This document shows, piece after piece, positions 48,371 through 61,910 of a stretch of DNA of 64,000 nt (position 1 is the first letter of the stretch; each line of letters starts with the position of its first letter). The stretch covers positions 25,482,001 through 25,546,000 of the forward strand of contig OZ320322.1 in the NCBI GenBank assembly GCA_976226885.1. Reading direction: 5' to 3'. This stretch comes from Iphione sp. A-MEVVRFRX5. Taxonomy: Eukaryota. The translations under genes and the position numbers were made by a program. Below the pieces are notes generated by a model, which worked only from the letters and a program-made list of their open reading frames with translations, had not been told where the DNA came from and did not search any database.

Positions 48371-51300
48371 TGGCAGCCTTGAGAAGTTAGTCGCATGTAC
48401 CTCAAAAATCTCTACAGTAAACAATGTTCAATTACATCACACAAACCTTGCAAGCCCGAACTAAAAACCATCGTATCCGGACAAAAACTGAATGAAATGA
48501 AAATAATTTAACTTAAACAAGTAGTACCGGTACTTGTTATGAGCATTGTATGTTACGTCATACAAAGAGGCGGCAGTATATTACTGGTTTACATAAAGCA
48601 GCCAATAGCTCCCAAAGAATATGAGGTAAGAGAAGCGTTTGATATTGGGACAGACTTCCTGTGCCTCGTTATTACCTAATTGTGGCTATTCGCATCAGTG
48701 CGATCTTTTACCATATAGTGTCTTCTATGTTTTGCACAATGCCTCAGGATGTAGCAATCTGTTATAATGCTACGAGTAGATTGCTGACAGTGTGCCTTCT
48801 TTTGCTCGGTGCTGGCTTGTTAGCTGCGACTATGTGAGCGGTGTTCCTAATTGTCGAGTGTTTGTGAAGTAGGTAGGACAGGGCAGACCACAAGGGCGCT
48901 AAAGATAGACGGTACAGAAATGCACAAGACTTGGAAGTCCTGGAGAGCTGGAAAAATAAATGACCAGTATAAAGAACGAGCTCCTGCTATTATTCCGGCC
49001 AAATCTTGAGATAGGCTATTTTTGACATTTCCCACCCCAGGCCTTTTTGACATTTGCCCACCCTTGGCTAGCTAATATATAGTTGCCTCACTTGTAGATT
49101 GTATCTTTTTGACATACCTGGAGTATATTATTTCGGTTTGTTAAGTAATAGAAACTCCTACTTTAAGGCGAAAACACTTAGGAGACCCTTGTTTGTCATG
49201 CAGATCCTCAACAACCAAACATCTTTCATCGTACCACCAGTAAGATGCACATACGAAATAGATGTGTCTGCATTTTCATTATCTTCTAAGACTATGCCTC
49301 TTCTGTGCCTATTGTGGACCAATCATTATGTTGATTTATATGAGGATTAAGTTTAAATATGATTCATGCTTGTAATTAGTACCTACACGATGAAGATGTC
49401 TACTGAAGTCTGAATGATCAAAGAGGAAAACTTAATTATGACAGAGCCCTCTCTGTGACCGATAAGCAGGCTCGTATCTGGTAGGTGATAAGCATGGATT
49501 GCCTTTTATCTTGGACTGAATTTAAAATCGAATATTTTGTAAACATTTTCTAAGGTTTGCGGTACTAAAGCTCTGGCTGAAAAGAAGAAGGAGGCAGCTT
49601 TCTGACATTTCCGTAGGGTCTTATAAGACGGATCAAGATGGATGCCGGTCCAATTGAAATTCAGCAGGTCTACAGACCCATCTGCAACCTCTTCCCATCG
49701 CCACTACGAACAGTACCCCCATCCACTGCAAGGAATAACCAGGTAGCTGGAGCATGAGAAAGGGAAATAGACGGGTTGAAAATGAGGCGAAACATAGTCA
49801 TGGATCCTTAGGGTAAGTCCAGTCGTGTAACAAAAGGAAACAAAGGGTAATGCGTTGCCATCATGACGGCGATAAAACAATGAACGATGACGAAGATTGC
49901 TTTCCCTCTCAAATATGCTTCAATGAAACAACTGAATATTCAATCACACGTTCCACTTACAGATAAAAATGGTAAAGCATGCGCTTCGCATCTAAAACGA
50001 ATACTGGCCTTCCTGAAATATTCGCATGCGAAATGTCAAAGAATATCCTCTAATTCCGCATAAAAAATGAATTTCCTCGTTGCCATAGTGACAAACACAA
50101 TGGCCCAGGGACTCGTCTTTTTAAATAACGAACGCCATGAAGACTCCTTTTTCTTTGGTATGTGTAGGCCTTATAGTGGTACTAAGTGACAATGCCAGGA
50201 ATACAATTCTCTCTACCTGTTTTGGCTGTAGGAAGACATTTTTATGTGTCCAGAGAGAAATATTGATGAAAGGGTGCGGCTTTAGCGTTTAAAAAATCTC
50301 AAGATCCTCCTCTTTATGTACACAGAGAAGCCTTAATAATGGAGCCTTGCGAATAAAAAATGTACGGTACGATGAGTGCCCGCAGCACAGAACAAAACCT
50401 ATTTCTACTGCGATTCGCTCAGCCTGAGCTGCGTTTGAGAATTTGCAGCAAAGGAACAAAACATTGTAATATTGCCTATTGGGGCCGGTTTCCTTATGTA
50501 CATTTTATCAATTATACTGCGTTTGCATTGTGTTAGCACTGCTTTTATTTTTGTTTGTGAACAGGTGATACACAATGGAGATGTTTCCGCACCTGCATTG
50601 TGCAAGTGCATTTGTCTTGCAGAATTTCTGCAGAATTACTTGTAACACGTGCCACTAATTTGATGTTTAATTGTGAAATTTGCCCGTATTCAGATGATTG
50701 TTTTTATCAAATTTGCCACTAATTAGATAGTTGATCATAATTTAAATGACTTAATAATGTATGTTCACACAATCACTATCTCTCATACTACAATCCTCTG
50801 ATGCAATACTAACCAAAAGCTAGCAAATAAGACAACCCTTTGGTTATATTGCATAGGTTACTAATTGGAGTATCGCAACACAACACATGGACACATACAC
50901 GTGTGGAAGTCGACCATTACTGTCTAAAGGCATTATATATCACGCCCTTACTAAGATTTGAAATATTGCAAGTATGGCATGCGTAACAGTTGATTCAACC
51001 AAAGTTAATATTGTGCAATGGAGATTGAATTGTTCACTTCCATTTGGGGCTTCCCTCGTTAAATCTGTCTGCTAGGTCTTCTCAACAAGGTGCTGCAACT
51101 CGAGACTTTTTCTTAGCCCTTTCGTCCATTATGCTTCTCTAGAACAATGTTCAAATGGTAGAAAAGGGATGATTTCTCCCTAGACGCATTAATAGAATGA
51201 AGTCCACAAAACTCCAACCTTTCCCCTTTCCCTACCTTCCCAGCAAGACTCCATCTACCTCTTGTTCACACCGGCCAATTATCTCTCTTTACAGTCGCCT

Positions 51301-51829
51301 TCTCTTCTTCTTCTCTGCCACATCTCCACTGCCCTTACAGAAAAAACGTACCTCTGCCAACGCACTAGCTTTGACCATTGTTCTCAAAGTCTGAAAATGT
51401 TCCTCTGTCCTATGCCATCTTACGACGCTTAACAATCCTCGCTCAAACTAAAGTCTACACAGCGAGGAACAAATTATCCGAAGTTCCTGTCACCTGAAGA
51501 ATTCACTTTTTAATTCTTAAATAAGACCGTTCAGTGCAAGAGAATAAACATTAAATCGGCATCCCCCTTAATTTGCATCTAATTTATTCTAGTAGCCTTC
51601 TTGTATCCTCTCCTCCCAAGTTCATCACAAATGGATACTTTGTTACAGTCCAGTATACCCCTCCGGCTGAGACCTACCAGCGGATAACTGTCCATAAATT
51701 AGTCTACACGTTTCGTTTACAAAAACAGAGTAAAGATAGCTGTTCTACTGTAAACATATAGACATGTACGGATTTATCTATGTCCCTAATATGGACAATA
51801 GGCAGGAAGGACATTACATGGGCGTATTC

Positions 51830-52130
51830 ACCGCTGGCCGCTCAGCCGTTGTAGCTGGCTCCTTTCCTGCGCAGGCGCAGGAAGTCCATTGATACGCCAC
51901 GCCGACAGAATAGCCGTCAGCGAGATGACACTGCTCACGTCACGCACTTCCGGCCTTCTCGCACTGTATCGCGTGGCGGTGCGAGAGGGCTGAAACGCCG
52001 CCGGTAAACACGGGGTGAATGTCAGGCCATGTCGCGGGAACTTCAGTCACCTGGATGCCGGAGAGGAAGAGCAGCCGCGGCCAGTACTAATCGACGTTTC
52101 AGCCGCCGTCACGCTGACACATTGTAAAGG
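51830..52130. promoter_or_regulatory. CpG-rich island-like segment with NRF1-like and ETS-like motifs and several inverted repeats
   Basis: High GC and CpG content relative to the flanks. It contains TGCGCAGGCGCA (51868-51879), CACTTCCGG (~51945-51953) and CACGTCAC. No associated coding gene was identified. Confidence 0.4.
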
Positions 52131-54056
52131 TGAAAAAAATAACGAGGGAAAACACTGTCTTCGTTGGGCACTATGAAATATTGAAGGGAAATATTTGTAA
52201 CACAATTGTCAGATATTTATGGACACCTGACTAGGGCTAATATTTGGGAGGGGGTGATTGCAATGAAGTAGGATGATAAGATGGGAAGGCGATTGTTCTT
52301 GCCTGATATTTCTAGGGGGCAGTCCTTTCAGGTAAAATTGAAAGATGTATGCACCACGTGAAGGCACACGCACACATTTAAAATTCTCTGTTATCACGCA
52401 AAGGAACGAAGTTTTCATGGTAAGTTAGGTATTCCCTAACCCAGCGGAAACACATAAGGACGGAAAGATAGTGGATACATCTGTGATGACTTGTTTTTCA
52501 CGTCTTGTTTTGTCGATGCTCTCGGGCTTTAAACTCGTCTGTAAATTTCAGCTGACGCCCGTCCTCTGGCTAGCCTCTTTTTCCTTCCCCGAACCTTCAT
52601 GATTTCCTGTCGGAGCAAAAAAAAATGGGAACAATGGAGTGATGTTGTCTCTGAGCGGCTCATACGTTATTGGCTTTCTACGTGATCACGTGATCCAGCA
52701 TTATTACGTTTCAGACACAGTTCTTCGTTTGAATGAACTCGGAATTGGTTGGGTCGCATTTTTTTTTCTAGGTGTCCGTACGCTGGGTGGGGTGTATACC
52801 AATGGACCCTTTGCTGAGTGGTTAAAAAATGCGATCTTTAGATAGTTTTCTGATGGTGTGAAATCCTGCGTTTCGGTTGACGCAATCCCAATTACGGCGT
52901 CGCAAAAAGCAACCACCTCTGTACTCTCCATGGGTTGCTGACAGTTTGGCCAACGGTCCATTGTCGAAAGGATGTGGGAATCGTGCAATCGTGTGTACCG
53001 GATCGGAACCCTTTAACATTCGATATTTGAGGAAACACTATATATCACGGAAAGAGAAATGTGTTTTGTTTCAACTAACGCCTACGGTAGTTGCATTTGA
53101 TTGGTGATATCATGGCTTTTCCTTATTGGTAGTATGAGCATGCCGTGACACGCGACTAAACACATTGCCCTGTCGGCCTATTGGTTCTACAGGCGCGTGC
53201 AAGTAATACGTGGAAATGTCCACAACCCTACAAACGGTAGGCTGGGCTGATTTTTGTAAAGAGGATTTCGATAACTCCTCACATACAGAGAGGGGGGGCA
53301 TAGAGAAAAATTGTCACTATTTCCTCATTAGACTTCTTTCTTCCTGTGGAAAATTAGTGTTTTCAGCCCACAGTATGCCATGTTTTTTGTGTTGTCAGTT
53401 TTTACAGTTATTTACGCTATTGAAGAGAGAAGGTCGGCATAGTGTTTCTGACAACGTGTCCAGTACCAGAGACACAATATTTACTTATTCACCCTTTCCT
53501 GTAAGACTCTCTTCATATTAGTCTATAGTACACAGAACACGGACAGCTGCCGACAAAAACTGACCATCATTAGACGTAGTACTATGGAACGAGCGGAAAA
53601 TAGTCACAAAGATAAGAAAGCAAAAGAGGATTGGATTTTTACAGATTGGAAAGTGTATGTACGCTTGTTTAGGTATCGTGTAGTGTATGGTGTTTGTGTT
53701 CCGTCACAGACATGTAGTTATTTTAAGTGTTCTTCAAATTAGCTATGAGGGAACCCGACGTGAAAGTATGCTCGAATAAGTTTAACATTTACCATTTACA
53801 AGAAAAATTCTTCATTAGTTTAGAAAATAAAATACTAACGTCACTTTTAAGGAGTAAATATTGACCTTATATTAAACACACTTGGATACCCAGACGAGGA
53901 GAAAATCTTCGAGTCTGTTTTTAAATACCCCTCACTGGTCAAAGTTCACTATGGCGTTTTTTTCCCAAACTGATTAAAAATCATCATATCTCCATATCAC
54001 AATTTAAGGGATATGATTTCTTCTAATTCTATGATCATGAAACCCCCAAACAAAAC

Positions 54057-54336
54057 TAAGCCCAAAAAATCGGTGTGTTTCTGGTCATGACCAACCAAAA
54101 ACCTAGGTAGGGAGGGGGGGTATCTTTTTTTAAAATTTGATTCCCCTTTCTTCCTCTGGATCTCAACAATAATAAAGATAATGATAAGAATTTTGACCAA
54201 TCTGTATGAGTTTTACAGGTTTTTGGTGAATTTCCATGGATTTTTTTGTTTTTCTACTTTTTTTGTTTTTTTTCTACTTTTGGGGGTCTGCGTACTTCGG
54301 TGATCCAACAACGATTTTCTGAATTTTGTTCGGCTA
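54057..54336 (+). mobile_element. MITE copy of the GGC(A)n..GTGTTTCTGG / GGTAGG family
   Basis: TAAGCCCAAAAAATCGGTGTGTTTCTGGT...AAAACCTAGGT...CTTCCTCTGG...CAATAATAAA aligns by eye with 58214-58340. The right end is degenerate. Confidence 0.6.
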
Positions 54337-57300
54337 TTTTTTTATATTTCTGGCTTTAGTATCTGAAAAATAATTGAGTATGGAACAATTTAGATACCTG
54401 GTATCAATGTGTACTTAGCCTTTAACTTTAGGAACGTATGGTTAGGCTCCTTCGCGTTCTTGAGTCGTGGGTGGACATTCCCTGACCGGATATCGATTGA
54501 AAACCTACTACAATGCTCTTGAATTACACTAGATAAGCCTAGTCGTTTCCGCTTTAGGTACGTATTCTTTCATTCTGAAAGCTCCTCGGCCCCCGCGGGA
54601 TATAATTAGAATTGTGGAGGCCTTTACCGACTCGGCTGCTTTTCACCCGACGATCCTTCCCTCTGAGGCCTTTAAAGCGACCTGGAAGGGGGAAATAGTA
54701 GGCAAAGGGTTAATATAACTTAGGAGCATAGAAGTGACAAATACGGGTGGTATCACAACGTCAGACCGGGTGAGCAAGGATCATTCGGGGGAAAGCTAAT
54801 GAGAGATGAATGAAATACGTCAGGGAGAGGATGGGACAGAATGCATAGAGGAAAAGTTCTAGAGCCAATATTTTTATACCATATTTTTTCGTTTGTTTAA
54901 TCGTCAGCCATACACGTGGAGTACATCAGGTTGCCGTACTTGTTGGTGTGGCTGCCTTTAATCAGGGCTTTACAATAACAAACTTCAACATTTACTCTTT
55001 TTTTTCAACCCCCCCCCGACCCTTTGTCTCTAGGTCAGGCTAATATAGGTACATGTGTGAAGGCGGCGGATGGGGAAGTAAAACAAGACTCCAATTCTTT
55101 CCTTAATTTGAGAAGACAAAGGAGCCTCGCAGTCTAATTACCATGAAGGCTGCAGCTTGTACTTATAATAATGCATAATGTTAATAGGCACGACAGAATA
55201 CCAAAATACGGGCATACCTGGAATTTTGATTATGAGGGACGGAAGATCAGAGAAGGTGAGACTCATCGTGGGGAAATGCTACCTCCAATGGGGGCAGTGT
55301 GGTTCTGAACAGGAGACCGTCTTCATGGCTTTCTACCGTAATCCATTTTATAGCTACAAATGCAATCACGCGGTTTGAAGTGCCTCCTCACGCTCATCCT
55401 GCCTTCAATCTTCGACTTTGCCTTTGTTTAAAAGATTTCCAACTTTGCTGTAAAGAAAAGAACTTTAATGAAAAGACAAGATGTTTCTTTTCGGAGCATT
55501 GTCCATCGCCTGCGTTTGGCTCCCTGATGACTACGGTCCGTTCTCTTTCATCATCACGAACCTATCCTTTTATTCCACCAATGTCACAACGTTAATTAAT
55601 TGTCCATTCAAAGAAATAAACCAAGCCACACCCCGTTCCACATCCCCCGTCGAGCAGTCAAATGGACGTACCAAAATTTTGTGTTCATCGCCTTCTGATT
55701 CGTAGGCAATCATAATAGCGACAGATAAGGGAAGGCGGTTGAGGGGATATCTAAAAAAAAGAACATACGGCTAAATCCAGTGTGTGTCTGACAGCTGACA
55801 GCAGGAGAAGCCGGTGAACTTGCGCCATGAGTCGACATTTGCATTTCTATAGCACGCCCCTTTACGTTTTTGTCTACTGACATGCCCATGTGCTGAAAAA
55901 CCATTTACGATAACATTACTTTATATTATGGTGTTATATACGGGATATCAGATGAGCCTTGTGCTTGAAATTAGAGGGATACCGTGTTTCTTCTTTTGAT
56001 CTTATTCAGAAGGTAAGACTACGATTATGATACCTAATAAACTGACAAGAACATGCAAACAGACTTTCCTGACCTGCTTAGCAGGCAGATAAAAATCGTT
56101 CTATGTGAGCGGGGTATGTTAGATTTTAAAGTTTTTATGTTATGAAAATTATTTTTAGCAGTATTTCGTCCACTGGGGCTTACCACAGGACAAACAATTT
56201 GGGAAGATGTTTATCAGTTAAAACCTTAACCCAATTACGAAAATTCATTGGATCCCTAATCTAATTTCAATAGTTCGATGGAAAGAAGCAGGCTTTTATA
56301 TGGGACGAGACGAGATGAATATTAACCACTTGGCAGGTCTTCACATGGTTCGTACCACTGCGTTCTATCACAGGACAGAAGCCTTCGCTCGAAATACGGT
56401 TATTCTTAATAACGGTGGGAAATTTACCCGATACCACTAAGTAAGAAATCCCTGCATCACCGGATCAAGAAGGATTCGATAAACCCATTTTACCTAAAGT
56501 AGATTTAAAGCTCAAAAGGATGTGCAGGTCTAGCCTCTATCCACTACCCATCAGAGACCGTCCTTCATAGTCGAGCGGTGAATTCACAAAAAAAAAAACC
56601 GACGGCCACCAGCATAAACGGGGACATCGGGATAATAGCGCTGCCGGAAGTCCTTGTCTCAACTTCCTGGTTGCTCATCTTTTCATCAATGAAGGCTTCA
56701 TTGTGGTAAAAGCCAGGGTCGTGCATTGCCTTGACAGTTTATTGACCGCTCTATCAGCCACCCAATAAATGGAAGTTTGATCCGTGTGGGCTTTTTTTTC
56801 TAACTGCGCTTTTCTTCTGCTTCATATGGCATTTTTAATGCCCCCCCCCCTTCTGTGTGTTCTCGAACGTCCATAACTCACAGTATTCGTAATGAGTAAA
56901 TGGAACACCAGGCCAATCTACCGAGCGCAGATTCTTTCTCCGAAATGTTAAAAGCAACTTTCTGCACGTTCTCATTTTTGGCCGCGAGAGGTCACTGTCA
57001 AATGTCGACTGACGAATAACAGAACTCTCCCCACCCCCACCCCGTCTGATAAATGGGGCTCTCATTCTGGACCGCTTGCTCAGATTGATGTCAATATCAT
57101 GCAGGAACATGTGGCTGGAACCCTTACAATGGCTGATGCCGTGAACGTCCATCACCTATAATGGGAACGCAATGCAATAAACCAATCTGGTACATGCTGT
57201 ATACCTATCCTAACTAAGGGAGGGGGTGGACAGGGGCGTTCATCCTTGGGGTGCAAACAAAAAGAAAATGCCCGGTAGATTTCACCAGCACCAAGAAGCC

Positions 57301-58216
57301 TACTAGCAGCACGTTTCCTCCCTGGTATTTATTTAGCGAGTCCTCACAACTAAGCCTTATAGCACCAGCAACAAACTGATCATCCTAGGATTATGCCTCA
57401 GAATGCAAGGACTAGACGCAGATTTGGAGGACAGATAATGTTTGCATAATTAAGCAATGGTCGGCACTCACGAACCTGACCGTTTTGTATTTTATGCAAC
57501 TTCTGGGTCACCACCCAGCAAATCACTATGACCTGCAAGAGTTTGTGACGCAGTTGCTACTCCCTGGTAAAATCTAACCGAGGACAAAGAAGAAGCAAAC
57601 AGATTTTTGGACATATCCATGCCACTGTATTCGAGGATTCAATTTTTATGAACAGCAATACGCTAAACATAGGCAAATCGTAACAGTTAGTAGATCCTAT
57701 CCCAGTAAGTGCCAGTCACTGTTACATGCTCTGAGAAGAAAACAGAGAGACATAGTCTGTTTGACCATATTCAGCTTGTATATCTCCACATTCGCAACCA
57801 TGTATAGAGGCTGATGCAGGAATGTAAGATGGAAGTCATGGGAAAGATGTTGCCTATCATCAAACACCCCTAAACAACAGTGTATTCTGTATTATTGCGT
57901 ATTACTCAAGGTAGTAGTCGTCTAATGCGCCTGTTCTCTTTTTTTCGGTGGCTCCACGTGATGTTCTGATGATAAATAGTTAATGAATAATCTATGTTGT
58001 TTACGTGACAAGTCTATTGCAGTACGCCACTCGGACCGCGTAAACTTGTCCATAGGGTGCTGTTTTCCATTAATACAAAACAAATCAGCATACAACCACC
58101 TGCAAACCGAAGATATATGACTTTCTGCATCTGTGTTAATGGCGCAATCGTTTATAGACAGAGTGTGCCTGCACATATTTCACTGGAGTTCGTTTTATGG
58201 ACTGATAAATATGTTA

Positions 58217-59294
58217 GGCAAAAAAAGCAGGTGTGTTTCTGGTTACAACCAGCTAAAACCTAGGTTGGGTAGGTAGGTAGGAGGAATTTTATATAAATTT
58301 AATTTTTTTTTGTACTTCCTTCCTCTGGTTTTCAATAGTAATAAAAACAATGTGAAGAAGGCCTTGCATGGGCCAGCTTCATCACTGAATGCCTCATACA
58401 CGGGGTACACAGGCTAACACTTCTCCAAAAGAGAGTTACTCCTTTCTGTACATCAGCCAGCACAATAATAGTAAATATAATATCAGTGAATAAAGAGAGA
58501 CAACACGTAGGATTTCCATGAGACCCTAACAAATCTCTCTAAAAATAGGGTAAAAAATGGACTTGCACTCTATGCAAATAAATTACATTGCTTTACTAAA
58601 TGTTAAGATTTAAAGTCTAGTCTGTATTTGCCTTGTGTATTTCCCTCCTCTTCTATCTCTTACCTTATTTGTGAATTTCTTTAGACATAGTTTTTTCTTA
58701 GCTGTGACATTGGGTATTTCTGGGAACTATGAGTCATACAGAGACTGTTTCCTTATACATGTATGTATGTATGTATATATGTACATGTATATGTATTCTG
58801 TAGTGTGTACAGTACATGTAGCATGTTTTCATGGACATGCTGCTGTGTGTTATATTGGAAAGCTGCTCAATTACCATGGCCATGCATGCATGTTTTTGAA
58901 AAGCACTAGAGGAAAAGTGGGGTTGAAATAGCCTTGTTAGCTATGTATAATGGAAAAAAAATATATTTCCATATATATCTCACTTGTTCTCAAACCTGTT
59001 CAGCATTGTTGCCATTTTCCTACCAAATTGGAATAATTTTCCTTTTTTTCTAGCCAAGTTTACATGGATTTACCATTTTCTTCGAATGTTTGAACAATCA
59101 TATAAGTATTGCATATTTTTACTGAAGTTGCATGGATTTTATGGTTATTCTGTTGAATTTACCAGAAACATGTGCTGTGAAAGCAGGTATCTAAGGAAAT
59201 TCAGCCTTGGGAAATCTTTGAGGCAAAAAAATATTAAGGAGAATTAAGTTTATTAGGTAGGGGTGGGTAACCAGAAACACACCTATTTTTTGCC
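58217..59294 (+). mobile_element. Non-autonomous TIR transposon (1078 bp), PIF/Harbinger-like from its 3-bp TTA duplication
   Basis: The left TIR GGCAAAAAAAGCAGGTGTGTTTCTGGTTAC (58217-58246) and right TIR GTAACCAGAAACACACCTATTTTTTGCC (59267-59294) are inverted near-copies. TTA flanks both sides, and there is no internal ORF. Confidence 0.82.
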
Positions 59295-61864
59295 TTATTA
59301 TATGCAGATACCCTGTTTATGAGGGATTTAATTCACCCTAGTGCAGCTGACTCCATACCTTTACAATGTTGCCGATATTTTCTCCGACTTTGCATGTGTG
59401 TTTCTTTTCTGTACAGTCTGCTTTACTAGTCCAGTTTCCAGTAGAGATGGTATGCAAGGAGAGTCTTTCATGCACTCTTACATTATCTAATACACAATCA
59501 TACGAAGTAAAAACCACCCCGGTTACGTGACAGTGCCTCCAAAAACCATTCTTTTGAACCAGCTCCACGAGAAACAACCTGGCAGTGAGTATAAAGGATA
59601 TTTCAAATCCAACACATAAACATCACAATACAGTAAATCGTACATCTACAAACTGCCGTGCCTGTTCTCTCTCCATCATCCCTCCCTTGCAATTAGCCCG
59701 AAGTGTAATTCACTGCCTCCCCCTCCGTGCGAACCGTAATTTGATTGATATACCGCAGTTGACGGAAGGATATTTTTTCCTACGTTGTCTTATTGCCCTG
59801 GAAATTGTGAATACTTAATGAAATATTGCCCCGCGATATAGTCATTGAGTTTCTATGTGAACTTTAGATAACCATGGAGAGTGCCAGCCAGTCTAGCCAA
59901 TGAGATTTTAGTGAAGACATAGAGGGATGGCTCCCTGTTGAATAATAATCATTCAGGGGGCTCAGCTTAAAACCTAACAGTAGCTTGGCATTCTGATACT
60001 GGCAGCCATTCTTTGCTTGTTTGGCTTTTAGATGAGTTCCCCGTACAGCGTAGAAACGGAGGGGGGTGCATCATTGTTGCACCACAAATTCCAGCCGATA
60101 TGTGATATTTGGCTGGCGGGCCTATTAATGTGAGCCTTTCCATTCCCACGGAGGTATTTAATGTGTCTTTGTCACTTTTGGAATAAATTATAGGAATCGT
60201 AGATTTTTTCAAGATGAACGTTCCAGATTCAGTGAGTAATATAGGCGTTCGTATGTTTACCGTTGAATGTATCACCCAAACGCCCCTGACTAAAATAAAC
60301 TTTGTCCTTTTATCCAAAGAAAGTCAGCCTGCATAGTACGAAATAGGTGCCTTTCAATGTATGCATTCATTTTAGAATAAATACATTAGAAAGTTAGTTT
60401 TACTTGGAGCTTTAAAAGCAGAGGGCTTTTGATAACTCCGTGAAGCGTGTATTCATGTGATTGAAAATCCATAAACTAAGCAGGATATAGACTTAAGGAC
60501 ATAACCATATAATCCTGTAAATTTCTTCAATACGCCAATGGAAATGCATTGTAGTGTTTCCTTTGGGACAGAAACTTTTTATTAGGGAATATAATTTCAA
60601 TTCACTGTGATCAACTCTGCCTGTTTCAGCAGATTAACACTGATCCAATAAATCTATCTGATGTACATGTACATGTATTAATAATTTGATTGAAAAGCTG
60701 GCCCAGGTGTAACTTTGCTATGCGGGCTTCAGGAAAGGACATTTGTTATATCTTGGAGATAGAGGAATAGTATGTGATAGGATTATCACCATGATTAGTG
60801 TACGAATAGTTCAAATCTTTCTCTGCCATATCTCAGTATATTTGTTTGCGTTGATTTCCCCTTCCATGTAGTTTCCGTTGATAATGAAAACGATATTTTT
60901 GGTTGATGCTACTTACAGAGTATAGTATTCGAAGGGATATTAATATTGAAGTGGTGGCGGTGTAATAGTCAAAAATGAGCACCCCGCGTTGTTTGTGCCC
61001 GTTGTCCGATGACCAGAGCGTACCGTAGGCCTATGTTAAAAGAGTGGTTAAACGAAATCCTTTTCGGATGTGCATTGCACACTGATGCAACATTTACAGG
61101 GTGTGCACACGTGGGCGTTGTATTTCTACGAGTTGAAAGACGCTCTGACATTTAGCATTGATCAAACATAACACGGACGTTCTGTTGTACGCTTCACGTG
61201 CCACAGCGATCCACGCAGGTAGAGGCTCGACGATGATCTGAAAGACCTCGCGTTCACTTGTATGTGTTTCGCCTGAGAAAAAAACAACAACACCGAGCAG
61301 CATGAATTCAGATGATCTCAGGTGTGTAAAATAGAAAAGCATCTGCGTCTTCTATCTGCAAAAAGGCAGGTCGACCTTATAGGCTGACAATGAAATACTG
61401 CCGGCGGGAGACACCTCACAAGGTCGCGGCGTAGCTTTTGTTCTCACGAATGACTTAGAAAGTGCCATATTAGAACTCTAAGCTACAAGATGATAAGGTA
61501 TGCTATGCCTGCGGGAGACCGAGCGGGAAAGAGCTGCTCCAATAGCATCAGGAAAGGACTTTTCCCTTCGATTCTACTATGGGAGCGGCGTAAAGGGACA
61601 AGACTAACCCCGGCCACGCAAGCGACCGTTGTCACTACCAAAGTAATTTTCCAGTCGCCCACACAGTTGTCAGCGCTACTGTTAAAGATATCGATGTCTT
61701 TCCCCTCACTGACATTGCACAGGTCCGTTTTCTTTAGGGACCCGAGTCAGTGGTGTGAGGTGCTTTCAGAGCACCCACCATGCTCTCAGTATACATTAGT
61801 GCTCCTGATGTATTTTCACTATCACCTCGAATGGACAAAGTGGTCCCTCAGCAGGTTAAGGTGA

Positions 61865-61910
61865 CGGCGGCGGCAGCGGCGGCGGCGTCGGTGGTGGTGG
61901 AGGAGGTGGG
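61865..61910. repeat. Imperfect (GGC)n(GGT)n(GGA)n trinucleotide run
   Basis: Read directly. Confidence 0.88.

Noticed and set aside
53583-53655. Candidate first coding exon MERAENSHKDKKAKEDWIFTDWK followed by a GT
   Set aside because: No homology was recognised and no partner exon could be linked.
56010-56012. Possible 3-nt microexon (pyrimidine tract-CAG|AAG|GTAAGA)
   Set aside because: No host gene was identified, and such motif juxtapositions occur by chance in 64 kb.
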